From an uncultured Clostridia bacterium (GTDB taxonomy: Bacteria > Bacillota > Clostridia > TANB77 > CAG-508): a stretch of DNA of 64,000 nt. The notes under the pieces were generated by a model. The model did not search any database. It worked only from the letters and a program-made list of their open reading frames with translations, and was not told where the DNA came from. The position numbers and the translations under genes were made by a program. The stretch lies in NCBI GenBank assembly GCA_947601495.1, contig CANQGE010000001.1, positions 31,731 to 95,730 of the forward strand, given 5' to 3'. Numbering within the stretch: position 1 is the first letter of the stretch; each line of letters begins with the position of its first letter. Below, piece by piece: positions 19,496 to 30,097 of this stretch.

Positions 19496-21604
19496 TTATT
19501 CTTCGCTATATAAGTCTTTTCTTGTTAAATTAATTCTGCCTTGGTCGTCTATTTCATAAACTTTAACAGTTACTTCATCTCCAAGTTTTAAGACATCTTC
19601 TACTTTATTTATTCTTTCTTTTGCTATTTTAGAAATGTGAAGTAATCCTTCTTTTCCTCCGCCTAAATCTATAAATGCACCAAATGTAGCTATTCTTGTA
19701 ACTTTTCCTGTATAGATTCCATCAACTTCAATTTCTCTTGTTATTTCTTCTATGATACTTTGAGCAGATCTTGCTTTTTCTATATCATCTGAATAAATAA
19801 ATACAGAACCATCTTCTTCAATATCAATTTTAACTCCTGTTTCTTCAATAATTTTATTAATAACTTTTCCGCCAGAACCAATAACATCTTTAATTTTTTC
19901 TGGATTAATTTGCATATTAATAATTTTTGGAGCATATTTTGAAATTTCTTTTCTAGGTTCAGAAATTTGTGGAAGCATTATTTCATCTAAAATGTATGTC
20001 CTTGCTTTTGCTGTTCTCTCAAATGCTTCTTCAATAATTTCATAGCTTAATCCATCAACTTTTATATCTACTTGAATTGCTGTTATTCCATCTTTTGTTC
20101 CACCAACTTTAAAGTCCATATCGCCAAAGAAATCTTCAATTCCTTGAATATCTGTAATAACAACATATTTGCTTGGATCATTTTCATCAGTAATTAATCC
20201 TGTTGAAATACCTGCAACTGGTTTCTTTATTGGAACACCAGCATCCATTAATGCCAATGTTGATGCACAAATGCTTCCTTGTGATGTAGAACCATTTGAA
20301 CTTAAAATTTCAGATACAACTCTTATTGAATAAGGAAATTCTTCTACACTTGGAAGTACTGGAACTAATGCTTTTTCAGCTAATGCACCATGTCCAATTT
20401 CTCTTCTTCCAGGTCCACGAGAAGCTTTTACTTCTCCAACACTATATCCTGGAAAATTATATTGATGCATATATCTTTTTGATTCTTCTGTATCTAGTCC
20501 ATCTAATAATTGCTCTTCGCTTTTCATTCCTAATGTAACTATTGACATTACTTGTGTTCTTCCTCTATTAAATAAACTACTACCATGAACTCTAGGAATT
20601 AATCCAACTTCACAAGATAATGGTCTTATATCATATATTCCTCTACCATCAACTCTTTTTCCTTCTTCTAGTATTAGTTTTCTAACAGTTTTCTTCTCTA
20701 ATTTATATATAGCATCTGCTATAGCTGTTTTATCTTCTTCAGCTTTTTCTTCACCAAATTTTTCAATATACCAATTTTTAACATCTTCTGAAAGCTTGTC
20801 TATTTTTTCATCTCTTTCTGGTTTATCTGGTGTTTGAACATCTTGTTTCATTCTTTCAGAAAATTCATTTGCTATTACTTCATAAACTTCTTCATTTACA
20901 GCAAAAGATGTATATTCAAATTTTGGTTTTCCTATTTCATCTTTTATTCCTTGTATAAATTCACATACTTTTTTAATTTCTACATGTGCTGTTTTAATTG
21001 CATCTAACATTGTTTTGTTTGGTATTTCATCAGCACCTGCTTCTATCATTGCTATTTTATCTTTAGTTCCTGCAACAGTTAATGTTAATCTACTATTTTT
21101 TCTTTGTTCTTCAGTAGGATTTATAACTATTTGGTCATTAACATATCCAACTGCAACAGCTGCTGTTGGTCCTCCAAATGGTATATCAGATATTGAAAGT
21201 GCAGCAGAAGTTCCTATCATACTGCAAACTTCTGGTGAGCAATCTTGCTCTACTGATAAAACTAAACAGCTAACAACAACATCATTTCTAAAATCTTTTG
21301 GGAACAATGGTCTAATTGGTCTATCTATTGCTCTTGCTGTTAAAATTGCTTTATCTGTTGGTTTTCCTTCTCTTTTTGTAAAGCTTCCAGGTATTTTTCC
21401 AACAGCATATAATCTTTCTTCATAATCTACTGAAAGTGGGAAAAAGTCTATTCCTTCTTTTGGTTCTTTTGAAGCTGTAACATTAACAAGTACAGTTGTT
21501 TCGCCATATCTTACAAGTACGCTTCCATTGGCAAGTCCTGCCATTTTTCCTGTTTCTATAGTAAGTGTTCTTCCTGCTAATTCCATACTATAAGTTTTAA
21601 ACAT
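19496..21604 (-). CDS. pnp: Polyribonucleotide nucleotidyltransferase (PNPase)
   Basis: 702 aa with two RNase PH domains, a KH domain and a C-terminal S1 domain (GKVTRIATFGAFIDLGGGKEGLLHISKI). Confidence 0.95.
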   Translation of the reverse strand: MFKTYSMELAGRTLTIETGKMAGLANGSVLVRYGETTVLVNVTASKEPKEGIDFFPLSVDYEERLYAVGKIPGSFTKREGKPTDKAILTARAIDRPIRPLFPKDFRNDVVVSCLVLSVEQDCSPEVCSMIGTSAALSISDIPFGGPTAAVAVGYVNDQIVINPTEEQRKNSRLTLTVAGTKDKIAMIEAGADEIPNKTMLDAIKTAHVEIKKVCEFIQGIKDEIGKPKFEYTSFAVNEEVYEVIANEFSERMKQDVQTPDKPERDEKIDKLSEDVKNWYIEKFGEEKAEEDKTAIADAIYKLEKKTVRKLILEEGKRVDGRGIYDIRPLSCEVGLIPRVHGSSLFNRGRTQVMSIVTLGMKSEEQLLDGLDTEESKRYMHQYNFPGYSVGEVKASRGPGRREIGHGALAEKALVPVLPSVEEFPYSIRVVSEILSSNGSTSQGSICASTLALMDAGVPIKKPVAGISTGLITDENDPSKYVVITDIQGIEDFFGDMDFKVGGTKDGITAIQVDIKVDGLSYEIIEEAFERTAKARTYILDEIMLPQISEPRKEISKYAPKIINMQINPEKIKDVIGSGGKVINKIIEETGVKIDIEEDGSVFIYSDDIEKARSAQSIIEEITREIEVDGIYTGKVTRIATFGAFIDLGGGKEGLLHISKIAKERINKVEDVLKLGDEVTVKVYEIDDQGRINLTRKDLYSEE

Positions 21605-21840
21605 TTTACATTCCTCCTATAAATTAATTTTATTTATTTGAAATGTAACCTCTACAATATAGTATTTTGCTTAAAAATAATACATTGTACAAGCTACTCT
21701 TTCAAATAAATAACCATAAGTATTTTACTATATTAACATAAAAAAATCAAGATAATATTTATTTCTAAGTTCTATCATTTGCATTTGTATATTTTTTAAT
21801 TATTAATTTTATTTTTAGCTATTATTATTTAAATAGCTAT

Positions 21841-21988
21841 CTAATATAGTTTATATAATTTAAAGGTAACGCGTAAGCGACCAACCGAAGCGAAAGCGAA
21901 GGGCGATTGGAGCAATCTTCATTTTGTTAATTTTAAAAAAAGAAGATTGCGACACCAAGTTACCGATAAATTATATAAACTATATTAG
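21841..21988. repeat. Palindromic intergenic element E1: 22-bp AT-rich inverted arms flanking a roughly 100-bp GC-rich structured core, in the rpsO-pnp leader
   Basis: Outer arms ctaatatagtttatataattta (21841-21862) and taaattatataaactatattag (21967-21988) are perfect complements. The core 21865-21964 (ggtaacgcgtaagcgaccaaccgaagcgaaagcgaagggcgattggagcaatcttc...gaagattgcgacaccaagttacc) folds into a long hairpin. A near-identical copy in inverted orientation lies at 44526-44679. Confidence 0.7.
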
Positions 21989-22045
21989 ATAATGGTATTT
22001 TAATTAAACAGATATAATAAACTTAAAATAAAATTTTTGCTTCAA

Positions 22046-22070
22046 AATAAAAAACTCGGAACAAATCCGA
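22046..22070 (-). terminator. rpsO terminator
   Basis: ctcggaacaaatccgag hairpin, followed by a T-run on the minus strand immediately after the rpsO stop. Confidence 0.55.
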
Positions 22071-22078
22071 GCTTTTAA

Positions 22079-22342
22079 TTATTTTCTTAAGTTTAATTTT
22101 TTAACTATTTCTCTATATCTGTTAACATCTTTCTTAGCTAAATAGTTTAATAAATTTCTTCTTTTACCAATCATTTTTAATAATCCTCTTCTAGAGTGAT
22201 TATCTTTTTGATGAACTTTTAAGTGTTCTGTTAATTCTGATATTCTTTCTGATAAAAGAGCAATTTGTACTTCTGGTGATCCAGTATCATTTTCTTCTCT
22301 CTTATAAGTATTAATAATTTCTTGTTTTCTTTCTTTAGTCAT
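22079..22342 (-). CDS. rpsO: 30S ribosomal protein S15
   Basis: [14 protein letters not shown]...[29 protein letters not shown] is the canonical S15. The start was moved to the internal ATG at 22342, which is preceded by an AGGAGG RBS. The ORF-track start at 22375 has no RBS. Confidence 0.9.
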   Translation of the reverse strand: MTKERKQEIINTYKREENDTGSPEVQIALLSERISELTEHLKVHQKDNHSRRGLLKMIGKRRNLLNYLAKKDVNRYREIVKKLNLRK

Positions 22343-22436
22343 TATCTTTATCCTCCTATTTATTTTATTTGCCATAAGCTGAGTATAAAGTAGGTTTTTC
22401 CTTTAAACTAAGTTTGTGGTATTTTTTAACATAGCT

Positions 22437-22465
22437 ATTGTACAATATTTTTTTTAAAAAATCAA
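22437..22465 (-). promoter_or_regulatory. Sigma-A promoter for rpsO
   Basis: Minus strand reads TTGATT, a 17-bp spacer, then TGTACAAT (extended -10). Confidence 0.45.
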
Positions 22466-22478
22466 GCATTTAGAAAAA

Positions 22479-23153
22479 TTAATCTAATTCTTCGCGTTCT
22501 TTTTCTTTTTTTGCTATATATAAAACTAATTCAACCACAGCAATAACTGTCATTAAGTTTACTATTACAGGTGATACTGGGATTCTTACTATTGCTATTA
22601 GGCTTGCTATAGCAAGTTCTGTTAAAGCAACTAGTACAAATAGTTTTCCTAACAATTCAAATGTATTCATTTTTCTAAATCTAATAACTAAATATGCAAC
22701 AATTACTACTACTGAAATAATTACTGGTTTTATATATGGTCTAATTAAATCTCTTATTCTTACATTTGAAACTTTCATTCTTTCAATATTTTCTGCTTCA
22801 AGCTCTGTTCCATATTTTTCATTTATTTTAGTTACTAAATTGTTTCTTTCTTCATCTGTGATAGATTGTGAGCTTATATTAAATGAATCTCTAAAGAAAT
22901 CTACACTTCTTACAACTACTGCTTTTTTTCCAAAAACTTCTTTACATATATCTTTTACTTCTTTTATATTTGTTTCTTTTCCTATAAATATATTTATTGA
23001 TTCATGTTGTTCTAACATTAAATATACATTAAATCCTTTCAATGCTACTACAACTAGTCCTGCAACTATTAAAAGAATCAAGCCCAATATAATTATTTTT
23101 TTGCTTCCATTTAATTCCATTGTTTTTCTCCTTTTATAAACTATTTTAAACAT
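22479..23153 (-). CDS. SecF-like protein-export membrane protein (divergent, shortened)
   Basis: N-terminal TM, then a soluble roughly 100-aa domain, then 3-4 C-terminal TM helices with a SecD/F-like IRFRK pattern. It overlaps the upstream gene by 8 nt. The queA-tgt...secD-secF synteny position matches. Confidence 0.45.
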   Translation of the reverse strand: MFKIVYKRRKTMELNGSKKIIILGLILLIVAGLVVVALKGFNVYLMLEQHESINIFIGKETNIKEVKDICKEVFGKKAVVVRSVDFFRDSFNISSQSITDEERNNLVTKINEKYGTELEAENIERMKVSNVRIRDLIRPYIKPVIISVVVIVAYLVIRFRKMNTFELLGKLFVLVALTELAIASLIAIVRIPVSPVIVNLMTVIAVVELVLYIAKKEKEREELD

Positions 23154-24573
23154 TTATAATAAACAAATAATTGTATAATGCTTGAAGGAATAATCCCCAG
23201 AATAGAATCATTCCTATACTGCTTATAACCACACTAGACATAAATGTAAATATTATAGAAATTGCACAAATAGGTATAATTGCTAAATACATTTTTTTCA
23301 TAGTTTCTAATAAAGCTATTTTCTTCATTTGGTTAGATTCTAATCTCTTTAAATATTTGATAACAAAAATATAATTTATAATTACTACAGCTACAGTAGC
23401 TATCAAAGCATTTACTGTTATTGCAACATTTGTATATCTTAATATAAGATTTAATAATCCTAAATATCCTAAAGTTAGTATAGAAGCTTTTAATCCTTCT
23501 AATTTAAATCTAATTATTAAATATAAACTTACAACAGCTATAGCTACTATAGTTACTATTTCTGCTACTAATTTTACATCATTAGTTAAAACAGAATTAA
23601 TACGATTATCTGAGCTCAATGTGTATTTTAAAGGTAAAGCATCATCATTTAAAATGTCTACTATCATTGATACACTTTGTGCAACTTCTTTATATTCATC
23701 AAAATCTTCTGTTGCTTGTCCCATAGGAATTTGTAACACGCCTGTTGCTAGTTCTTCGCCGAAATAAGTTGTACTAATAACTTGGTCGTCCATCTTTATA
23801 GAAATATAATTTGTTGTTTCTGTTCCATCTTCTGCTGTAACAGTTTGATATTTATTACTAATATCTTTTAATTTATCTTTTCCATCTTTTTCAAATGTTA
23901 GTTGTAAATATGCTTGGTATGAATTATTATTATTTGATGCTAACATTTTAGCTTCTTTTAAAGTTGAATCATCCATTAATATTAATCCATTTTGATAATC
24001 GATAATTTCAATTTTTCCAACTGTAGAAACTAAGGCTTGTTCAAGTGATAAATTTTCATTATCTGGTAATTCTATAATTATTTCTCCAGTAATACTATCT
24101 AGTCTTATATTATATTCATATACATCCATTTTTTCTAATCTAGATTGAATTACTTTTTTTGCTTTTTCGAAGTTTTCTTTTGTTATACTAGAATCTTCAT
24201 TTGCTTTTATTGTTCTTGTTTCTTTAGTATAGCCTTCTACTTCTGTCTTATCTTCTTCTGGTTCTTCAGTTTTTTCTGCTGATTGATCATTGGTATCTAA
24301 AGAAATTTCTGTATTTGAAGGAGTTTCTTCTTTTACTTCTCCTGCATAATTTCCACCAGCATCTACATATATTTCTTTTTCTTCTTCTGAGTTATCTAAT
24401 ACATAATGTAATTCTCTTTTTCCATCTAGCTCCATTCCTAGATTAAAATCTGGTAATATGTTTCTCCAAATTCCATAATTCTTAACATATAGTCCAACAA
24501 AAGCTACTACTGCTATTAATATTGCACCTAATAGTATTGTTATTGTTTTTACTGTTTTTAAATTCTTTTCCAA
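23146..24573 (-). CDS. SecD-like protein-export membrane protein (divergent)
   Basis: N-terminal TM, then FNLGMELDGKREL (compare SecD NLGLDLRGG), a large extracytoplasmic domain and 5-6 C-terminal TM helices (LYLIIRFKLEGLKASILTLGYLGLL). The usual GxAVDANV/ERIRE motifs are not recognisable. Confidence 0.45.
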   Translation of the reverse strand: MEKNLKTVKTITILLGAILIAVVAFVGLYVKNYGIWRNILPDFNLGMELDGKRELHYVLDNSEEEKEIYVDAGGNYAGEVKEETPSNTEISLDTNDQSAEKTEEPEEDKTEVEGYTKETRTIKANEDSSITKENFEKAKKVIQSRLEKMDVYEYNIRLDSITGEIIIELPDNENLSLEQALVSTVGKIEIIDYQNGLILMDDSTLKEAKMLASNNNNSYQAYLQLTFEKDGKDKLKDISNKYQTVTAEDGTETTNYISIKMDDQVISTTYFGEELATGVLQIPMGQATEDFDEYKEVAQSVSMIVDILNDDALPLKYTLSSDNRINSVLTNDVKLVAEIVTIVAIAVVSLYLIIRFKLEGLKASILTLGYLGLLNLILRYTNVAITVNALIATVAVVIINYIFVIKYLKRLESNQMKKIALLETMKKMYLAIIPICAISIIFTFMSSVVISSIGMILFWGLFLQALYNYLFIINV

Positions 24574-24585
24574 AGTTATTACCTC

Positions 24586-25245
24586 CTATAATAAGTTTGT
24601 ATCATTTATAATTAATTCAAACCATAAACCTAAATATTTTGCTGCTCTTTTGCTCATTTTTGTTCTATCCATAAATATTTCAAAATAATCTATAACAGGA
24701 CAAATTTTTGTATCTATTGTTAAATTTAATATTGCTTTTCTTTCTTCAACATCAATTTTGAGCTCCGAATTTGTAACTGCATAATTTACTTCATCGTGTT
24801 TATCGAATAAACTTCTATCTTTTTTTGAAACTCTGCTTCTATGTGCATCAGATTTGTCTGCTAAAATAAGGGCCGCCGATATGTCGCTAACTGCTGTACC
24901 AGTTAATTCATCATGGTTTCCTATTGCCATCATAATTTCAGTTCTATCAGATGCTTCCATGTTCATATCTTTTAAAATATTATAAGCAAGAATCGCTCCG
25001 GTATGTGCATGGTCTACTCTGTTTACAGAATTACCAATATCATGCATATAGCCAGCAATCCTTGCAAGTTCTATTCTATGTTCATCATATCCTAGAGTTC
25101 TAAGTATGTTTCCTGCTCTTTCAGCAACTACAGATACATGTCTATTAGAATGTTCTGTATATCCTAAAACGTCTAATTGCTTTTGAGCATTTTTTATTAG
25201 TTCTTTTACTTCTACATTATTAACAACATCCTCAAAAGTTACCAT
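24586..25245 (-). CDS. HD-domain phosphohydrolase
   Basis: H...HD motif (NRHVSVVAERAGN...YMHDIGNSVNR...H) and a downstream AHRS segment. 219 aa. Confidence 0.7.
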   Translation of the reverse strand: MVTFEDVVNNVEVKELIKNAQKQLDVLGYTEHSNRHVSVVAERAGNILRTLGYDEHRIELARIAGYMHDIGNSVNRVDHAHTGAILAYNILKDMNMEASDRTEIMMAIGNHDELTGTAVSDISAALILADKSDAHRSRVSKKDRSLFDKHDEVNYAVTNSELKIDVEERKAILNLTIDTKICPVIDYFEIFMDRTKMSKRAAKYLGLWFELIINDTNLL

Positions 25246-25345
25246 ATATCCTCCCTTGATTTTGTCTTATGTAAATTCTTGAATCATTATTCTTGTAAAT
25301 TGTATATTAAATTTTTAAAAATATCAACTATTTTAAATAAAATAT

Positions 25346-25699
25346 TTATTTAAAATTTACACCTATTATTCCACCAATTGCTCCTCCTAAGATTCCAAGA
25401 GCCATCATTATTATCGAATTAATATTTAAATTAAATTTTAAGTTTATAATACTTGATATCAAATATAGGATAACCATATATATAAATCCTAATATACTTC
25501 CATATAAAATTCCTTTTTCTTTTTTTATTCTTGAAATTCTAAATCCGCAAACTAAAAGTGAAAAGCTCACAATAGCAATTGTTACTGGAACAATTACAGT
25601 TTCACTTAAAGACGTTTCACTAAGCAAAATTGATAAGATAAAAATTAAAGCTACTGAAATTAGAATTGATAAAAAAGTTTCTCTAAAAAAATATTTCAT
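25346..25699 (-). CDS. Small 4-TM membrane protein
   Basis: 117 aa with four hydrophobic helices and GG(x)IGG glycine-zipper motifs. Confidence 0.5.
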   Translation of the reverse strand: MKYFFRETFLSILISVALIFILSILLSETSLSETVIVPVTIAIVSFSLLVCGFRISRIKKEKGILYGSILGFIYMVILYLISSIINLKFNLNINSIIMMALGILGGAIGGIIGVNFK

Positions 25700-25733
25700 A
25701 AAATCCTCCTAAAAAATTTTTTAATTTAATTTT

Positions 25734-25922
25734 TTATTAACTATATAATATAACTGAATTGCAGCTATCGCTTTTGAAAGTAATTGAGTTAGAATTGCTT
25801 AATATATTTTACGGAAAGAGTTCACAAACTTGTGGAAGGGTGCCGTAAAATGTATTTAGCAATTCTACGAAAATTAGCTTGAACAAGATAGCGAAAATGA
25901 AGTTATATTATATAGCTAATAA
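25734..25922. repeat. Palindromic intergenic element E2: AT-rich inverted arms and an imperfectly palindromic core of about 145 bp
   Basis: Arms ttattaactatataatataact and agttatattatatagctaataa are complementary with one mismatch. The core has nested inverted repeats (gaattgcagctatcg...cgatagc...gcaattc; ttttacgg...ccgtaaaa). Confidence 0.6.
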
Positions 25923-26037
25923 AGCTTATTTCTAAGTAAAAGTTTTTAAGCAAAAGTATATTTTTAAACAAAAAAATACTTCTATAAAATTATATTTATA
26001 GAAGCATTTTTTATAACTATTTAATATATCTTTTCTA

Positions 26038-27621
26038 TTAATTTGATGTATTTGAATTTGAAACTTTATTAGTTGTATTTTCAGTATTTGTAGAAGAATT
26101 TTTGTCAGTAGTTGTATTTGAAACTTTATTTTCATTAGAAGTTGTTTCACTTTCAGTATCGCTATTTTTTTCTTCATTCTCTTCTTTTTCATCTATGTTT
26201 ATAAGATTTTGTTCTTCTAAGAAATCTCTTAAAGGTCTTGCCTGTCCATCATGTTCCATATAATATGTTGTTTCTCCTGATTTTGTAATTGCATATATTT
26301 TAGTGCAAACACAAGGTAATACTATTCTTTCCTCAGTTATATCATATATTCCATATAGTTCATCTTTCTTTATAACAATTCCTTTTATTCCAACAGATGG
26401 TGGTATAAGAAGAACATTTTCTTCATGTCCTGATGTAGTTTCTTTTGAACCAGTTTTATATCCTAAATCATCTATTGTAATTGATAATATTAAATCTCCT
26501 TCTGTATTACATAATCCATATAAATCATCTTTTTGAACAGGTATAACTTCTCCAAAAAGTAATGATGAATTTTCAATATCGTCTAGTTCAAATTCAGAAG
26601 TATCAAAACCTATTGCATCATTTTCTGCATGAATAAGAGTTTTTCCATTTCTATTTACAACTCCAAATTCTCCATCTTTTTCTACTAAATAAAGTTGTTT
26701 TTCATCATCTAGCAAAGAAATATTTTCAAATTCTGACGGAGCAATTACTGTTCCACCATCTGAGTTTAATATTCCCATTGTTCCATTTGATGCAGTTACA
26801 TAAAATTCTTTTACATTTTGAACAAATTTTATATCATTATATTTTACACCTATTACTTCTCTGCCATTTTCGCTTAAAGAAATTACGCCATATAAATTAT
26901 CTTTTGAACCTTCTGTACCTTTTGAAACTATAACAAAATCATACAAAATTGATTTTAAGTTTTCATAATATCCACTTATTTGTGTATATCCAAGTTGAGC
27001 AATAGAAGATTTTGCTTGTTTAACTATATAATCTAAAGTATAAAATCTATATCTATATGGTTTCCAATCAATTCTTAAATTAAGCATTTCTGCAGCATCT
27101 TCTTTTGAAACATATATTTTTCCATCAATAAATTTTAAAGGATTTATTAAATCAAAGTTTTCGCAATAACCACTTTTATTTTTTGTAGTTACAACTATAT
27201 CTGCGATAGTAATTTTTTGACTAGTTGAAACCGTTGAAATATATTTTTGATATTTATTTTCATTAACTGACATTGCAACTATTTCAAAATCATTTTGTAA
27301 ATAGCAACTATCAGCATTTTCATTATATTTATTATATTCACCTTGATTATATGTATAGTTTAATAGAGTGGCTAATTCATTAGCATTTAAATATACTGTT
27401 CCTTCAATTTCTTTATAGAAATCATCTGGAAAGCTTTGTTGCTGATTATTATCTATAAATACTTTGTCTGTAACTGAATCTTGATATTGTAAAAGTAGAA
27501 TCATTGCAACAAGTCCTACTATTAAAAGTGCACATAATACTATAGAAAGCATAACTCCTTTTCTGTTTCTAGTATTTTTTTCCATTTTTTCTCTGTACAA
27601 ATCGCTTTCTTCTAAGTTCAT
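26038..27621 (-). CDS. Membrane-anchored WG-repeat (KWG-like) protein with a C-terminal S/T/N-rich tail
   Basis: N-terminal TM (VMLSIVLCALLIVGLVAMILLL). There are at least five repeats of the LYG(V/L/I)x...G pattern (LYGVISLSENGREVIG; MGILNSDGGTVIAP; EFGVVNRNGKTLI; LYGLCNTEGDLIL; LYGIYDITEERIVL). The C-terminus is TSNENKVSNTTTDKNSSTNTENTTN. Confidence 0.5.
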   Translation of the reverse strand: MNLEESDLYREKMEKNTRNRKGVMLSIVLCALLIVGLVAMILLLQYQDSVTDKVFIDNNQQQSFPDDFYKEIEGTVYLNANELATLLNYTYNQGEYNKYNENADSCYLQNDFEIVAMSVNENKYQKYISTVSTSQKITIADIVVTTKNKSGYCENFDLINPLKFIDGKIYVSKEDAAEMLNLRIDWKPYRYRFYTLDYIVKQAKSSIAQLGYTQISGYYENLKSILYDFVIVSKGTEGSKDNLYGVISLSENGREVIGVKYNDIKFVQNVKEFYVTASNGTMGILNSDGGTVIAPSEFENISLLDDEKQLYLVEKDGEFGVVNRNGKTLIHAENDAIGFDTSEFELDDIENSSLLFGEVIPVQKDDLYGLCNTEGDLILSITIDDLGYKTGSKETTSGHEENVLLIPPSVGIKGIVIKKDELYGIYDITEERIVLPCVCTKIYAITKSGETTYYMEHDGQARPLRDFLEEQNLINIDEKEENEEKNSDTESETTSNENKVSNTTTDKNSSTNTENTTNKVSNSNTSN

Positions 27622-27635
27622 AAAAATCCCTCACT

Positions 27636-28784
<1,149 letters not shown>

Positions 28785-29810
28785 TTATTTTATTAACATT
28801 GCATCTCCGAAACTAAAAAATTTATATTCTTTTTCTACTGCTTCTTTATAAGCCTTCATAATAAAATCTTTTCCAGCTAAGCTAGAAACTAACATTATTA
28901 ATGTAGACTCTGGCAAATGGAAATTTGTTATTAAGCTATCTATGCATTTAAATTTATATCCTGGATAAATAAAAATGCTTGTGTCTGCTTCTATTTCTTC
29001 TACTAATCCGTCTTTATCTGCAACAGATTCTAATACTCTACAAGAGGTTGTTCCTACTGCTACTACTTTTTTTCCTTCAATTTTTGTTTTATTTATTTTA
29101 TCTGCATCTTCTTTTTTTATGTAATAATGTTCAGAATGCATTTTATGCTCTTCAACATTTTCTACTTTTACTGGTCTAAAAGTTCCTATTCCAACATGAA
29201 GAGTTACGTTTGCTATTCTTACACCTTTTTCTTCAATTTTCTTTAATAGTTCTTCAGTAAAATGTAATCCGGCAGTTGGTGCAGCAGCAGAGCCATCATA
29301 TTTAGCATAAACTGTTTGATATTTCTTTTGGTCTTCTTTTGTTGCTTCTGTAATGTATGGTGGAAGTGGCATAAGTCCAACTTGATCTAATATTTCATTA
29401 AAAATTCCTTTATATTCGAATTTAACTTTTCTATTTCCACCTTCTAAAACATCTAAAACAGTAGCTTTTAAAATTCCATCACCAAAATATACTACTGAAT
29501 TTGGTCTTAATTTATTTCCAGGTCTTACCATTGCCTCCCAAATATCGCCATCAATTCTCTTTAATAGTAAAAATTCTACTTGGGCTCCTGTATCTTTTTT
29601 TCCATATAGCCTTGCTGGAATAACTTTTGTGTTATTTATTACTAAGCAATCTCCTGGATTCAAATAATCAATTATATCTTTAAAGACTTTATGCTCTATT
29701 TTATTTTCTTTTTTATCTAGAACCATAAGTCTTGCTTCATCTCTTTTATCATATGGGTGTTGTGCAATTAATTTCTCTGGTAGTTCATAATTAAAGTCTG
29801 AGACTTTCAT
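28785..29810 (-). CDS. queA: S-adenosylmethionine:tRNA ribosyltransferase-isomerase
   Basis: [20 protein letters not shown]-terminus. Full-length 341-aa QueA. Confidence 0.93.
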   Translation of the reverse strand: MKVSDFNYELPEKLIAQHPYDKRDEARLMVLDKKENKIEHKVFKDIIDYLNPGDCLVINNTKVIPARLYGKKDTGAQVEFLLLKRIDGDIWEAMVRPGNKLRPNSVVYFGDGILKATVLDVLEGGNRKVKFEYKGIFNEILDQVGLMPLPPYITEATKEDQKKYQTVYAKYDGSAAAPTAGLHFTEELLKKIEEKGVRIANVTLHVGIGTFRPVKVENVEEHKMHSEHYYIKKEDADKINKTKIEGKKVVAVGTTSCRVLESVADKDGLVEEIEADTSIFIYPGYKFKCIDSLITNFHLPESTLIMLVSSLAGKDFIMKAYKEAVEKEYKFFSFGDAMLIK

Positions 29811-29883
29811 TTTAAAATCCTTTCTAAATATTTTTTATTAAATATATTTTTAAATTTATATATAACTTTAAATTTTAATCTTT

Positions 29884-30097
29884 TAATTAGCAAAATTATA
29901 TTATTCAATTAAGTTTTTCCGTTCCAGCTAATTCTTATAGAAATTCTAAAATTATAAAATGCGCCTCTTTCGCTGCTCAAATCTTCGATTTGCCTTCGAA
30001 CATCCCTCATTTTATAATTTAAGAATTTCTATATAAGAATTACTCTCAATCCAAAACTTAATTTCATAATATAAATTTTGCTAATTTTAGTTAATTT
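29884..30097. repeat. Nested palindromic intergenic element E3, between coaE and queA
   Basis: Outer arms ttaattagcaaaattatattat (29884-29905) and ataatataaattttgctaatt (from about 30069). Inner arms tcttatagaaattctaaaattataaaatg (29932-29960) and cattttataatttaagaatttctatataaga (30009-30040). These enclose a GC-rich core gcgcctctttcgctgctcaaatcttcgatttgccttcgaacatccctc. Confidence 0.6.

Noticed and set aside
25932-26192. 86-aa minus-strand ORF overlapping the 3' end of the WG-repeat protein gene
   Set aside because: It overlaps the larger ORF in another frame and runs into the E2 palindrome. The product is low-complexity K/I/L-rich. It is most likely spurious.
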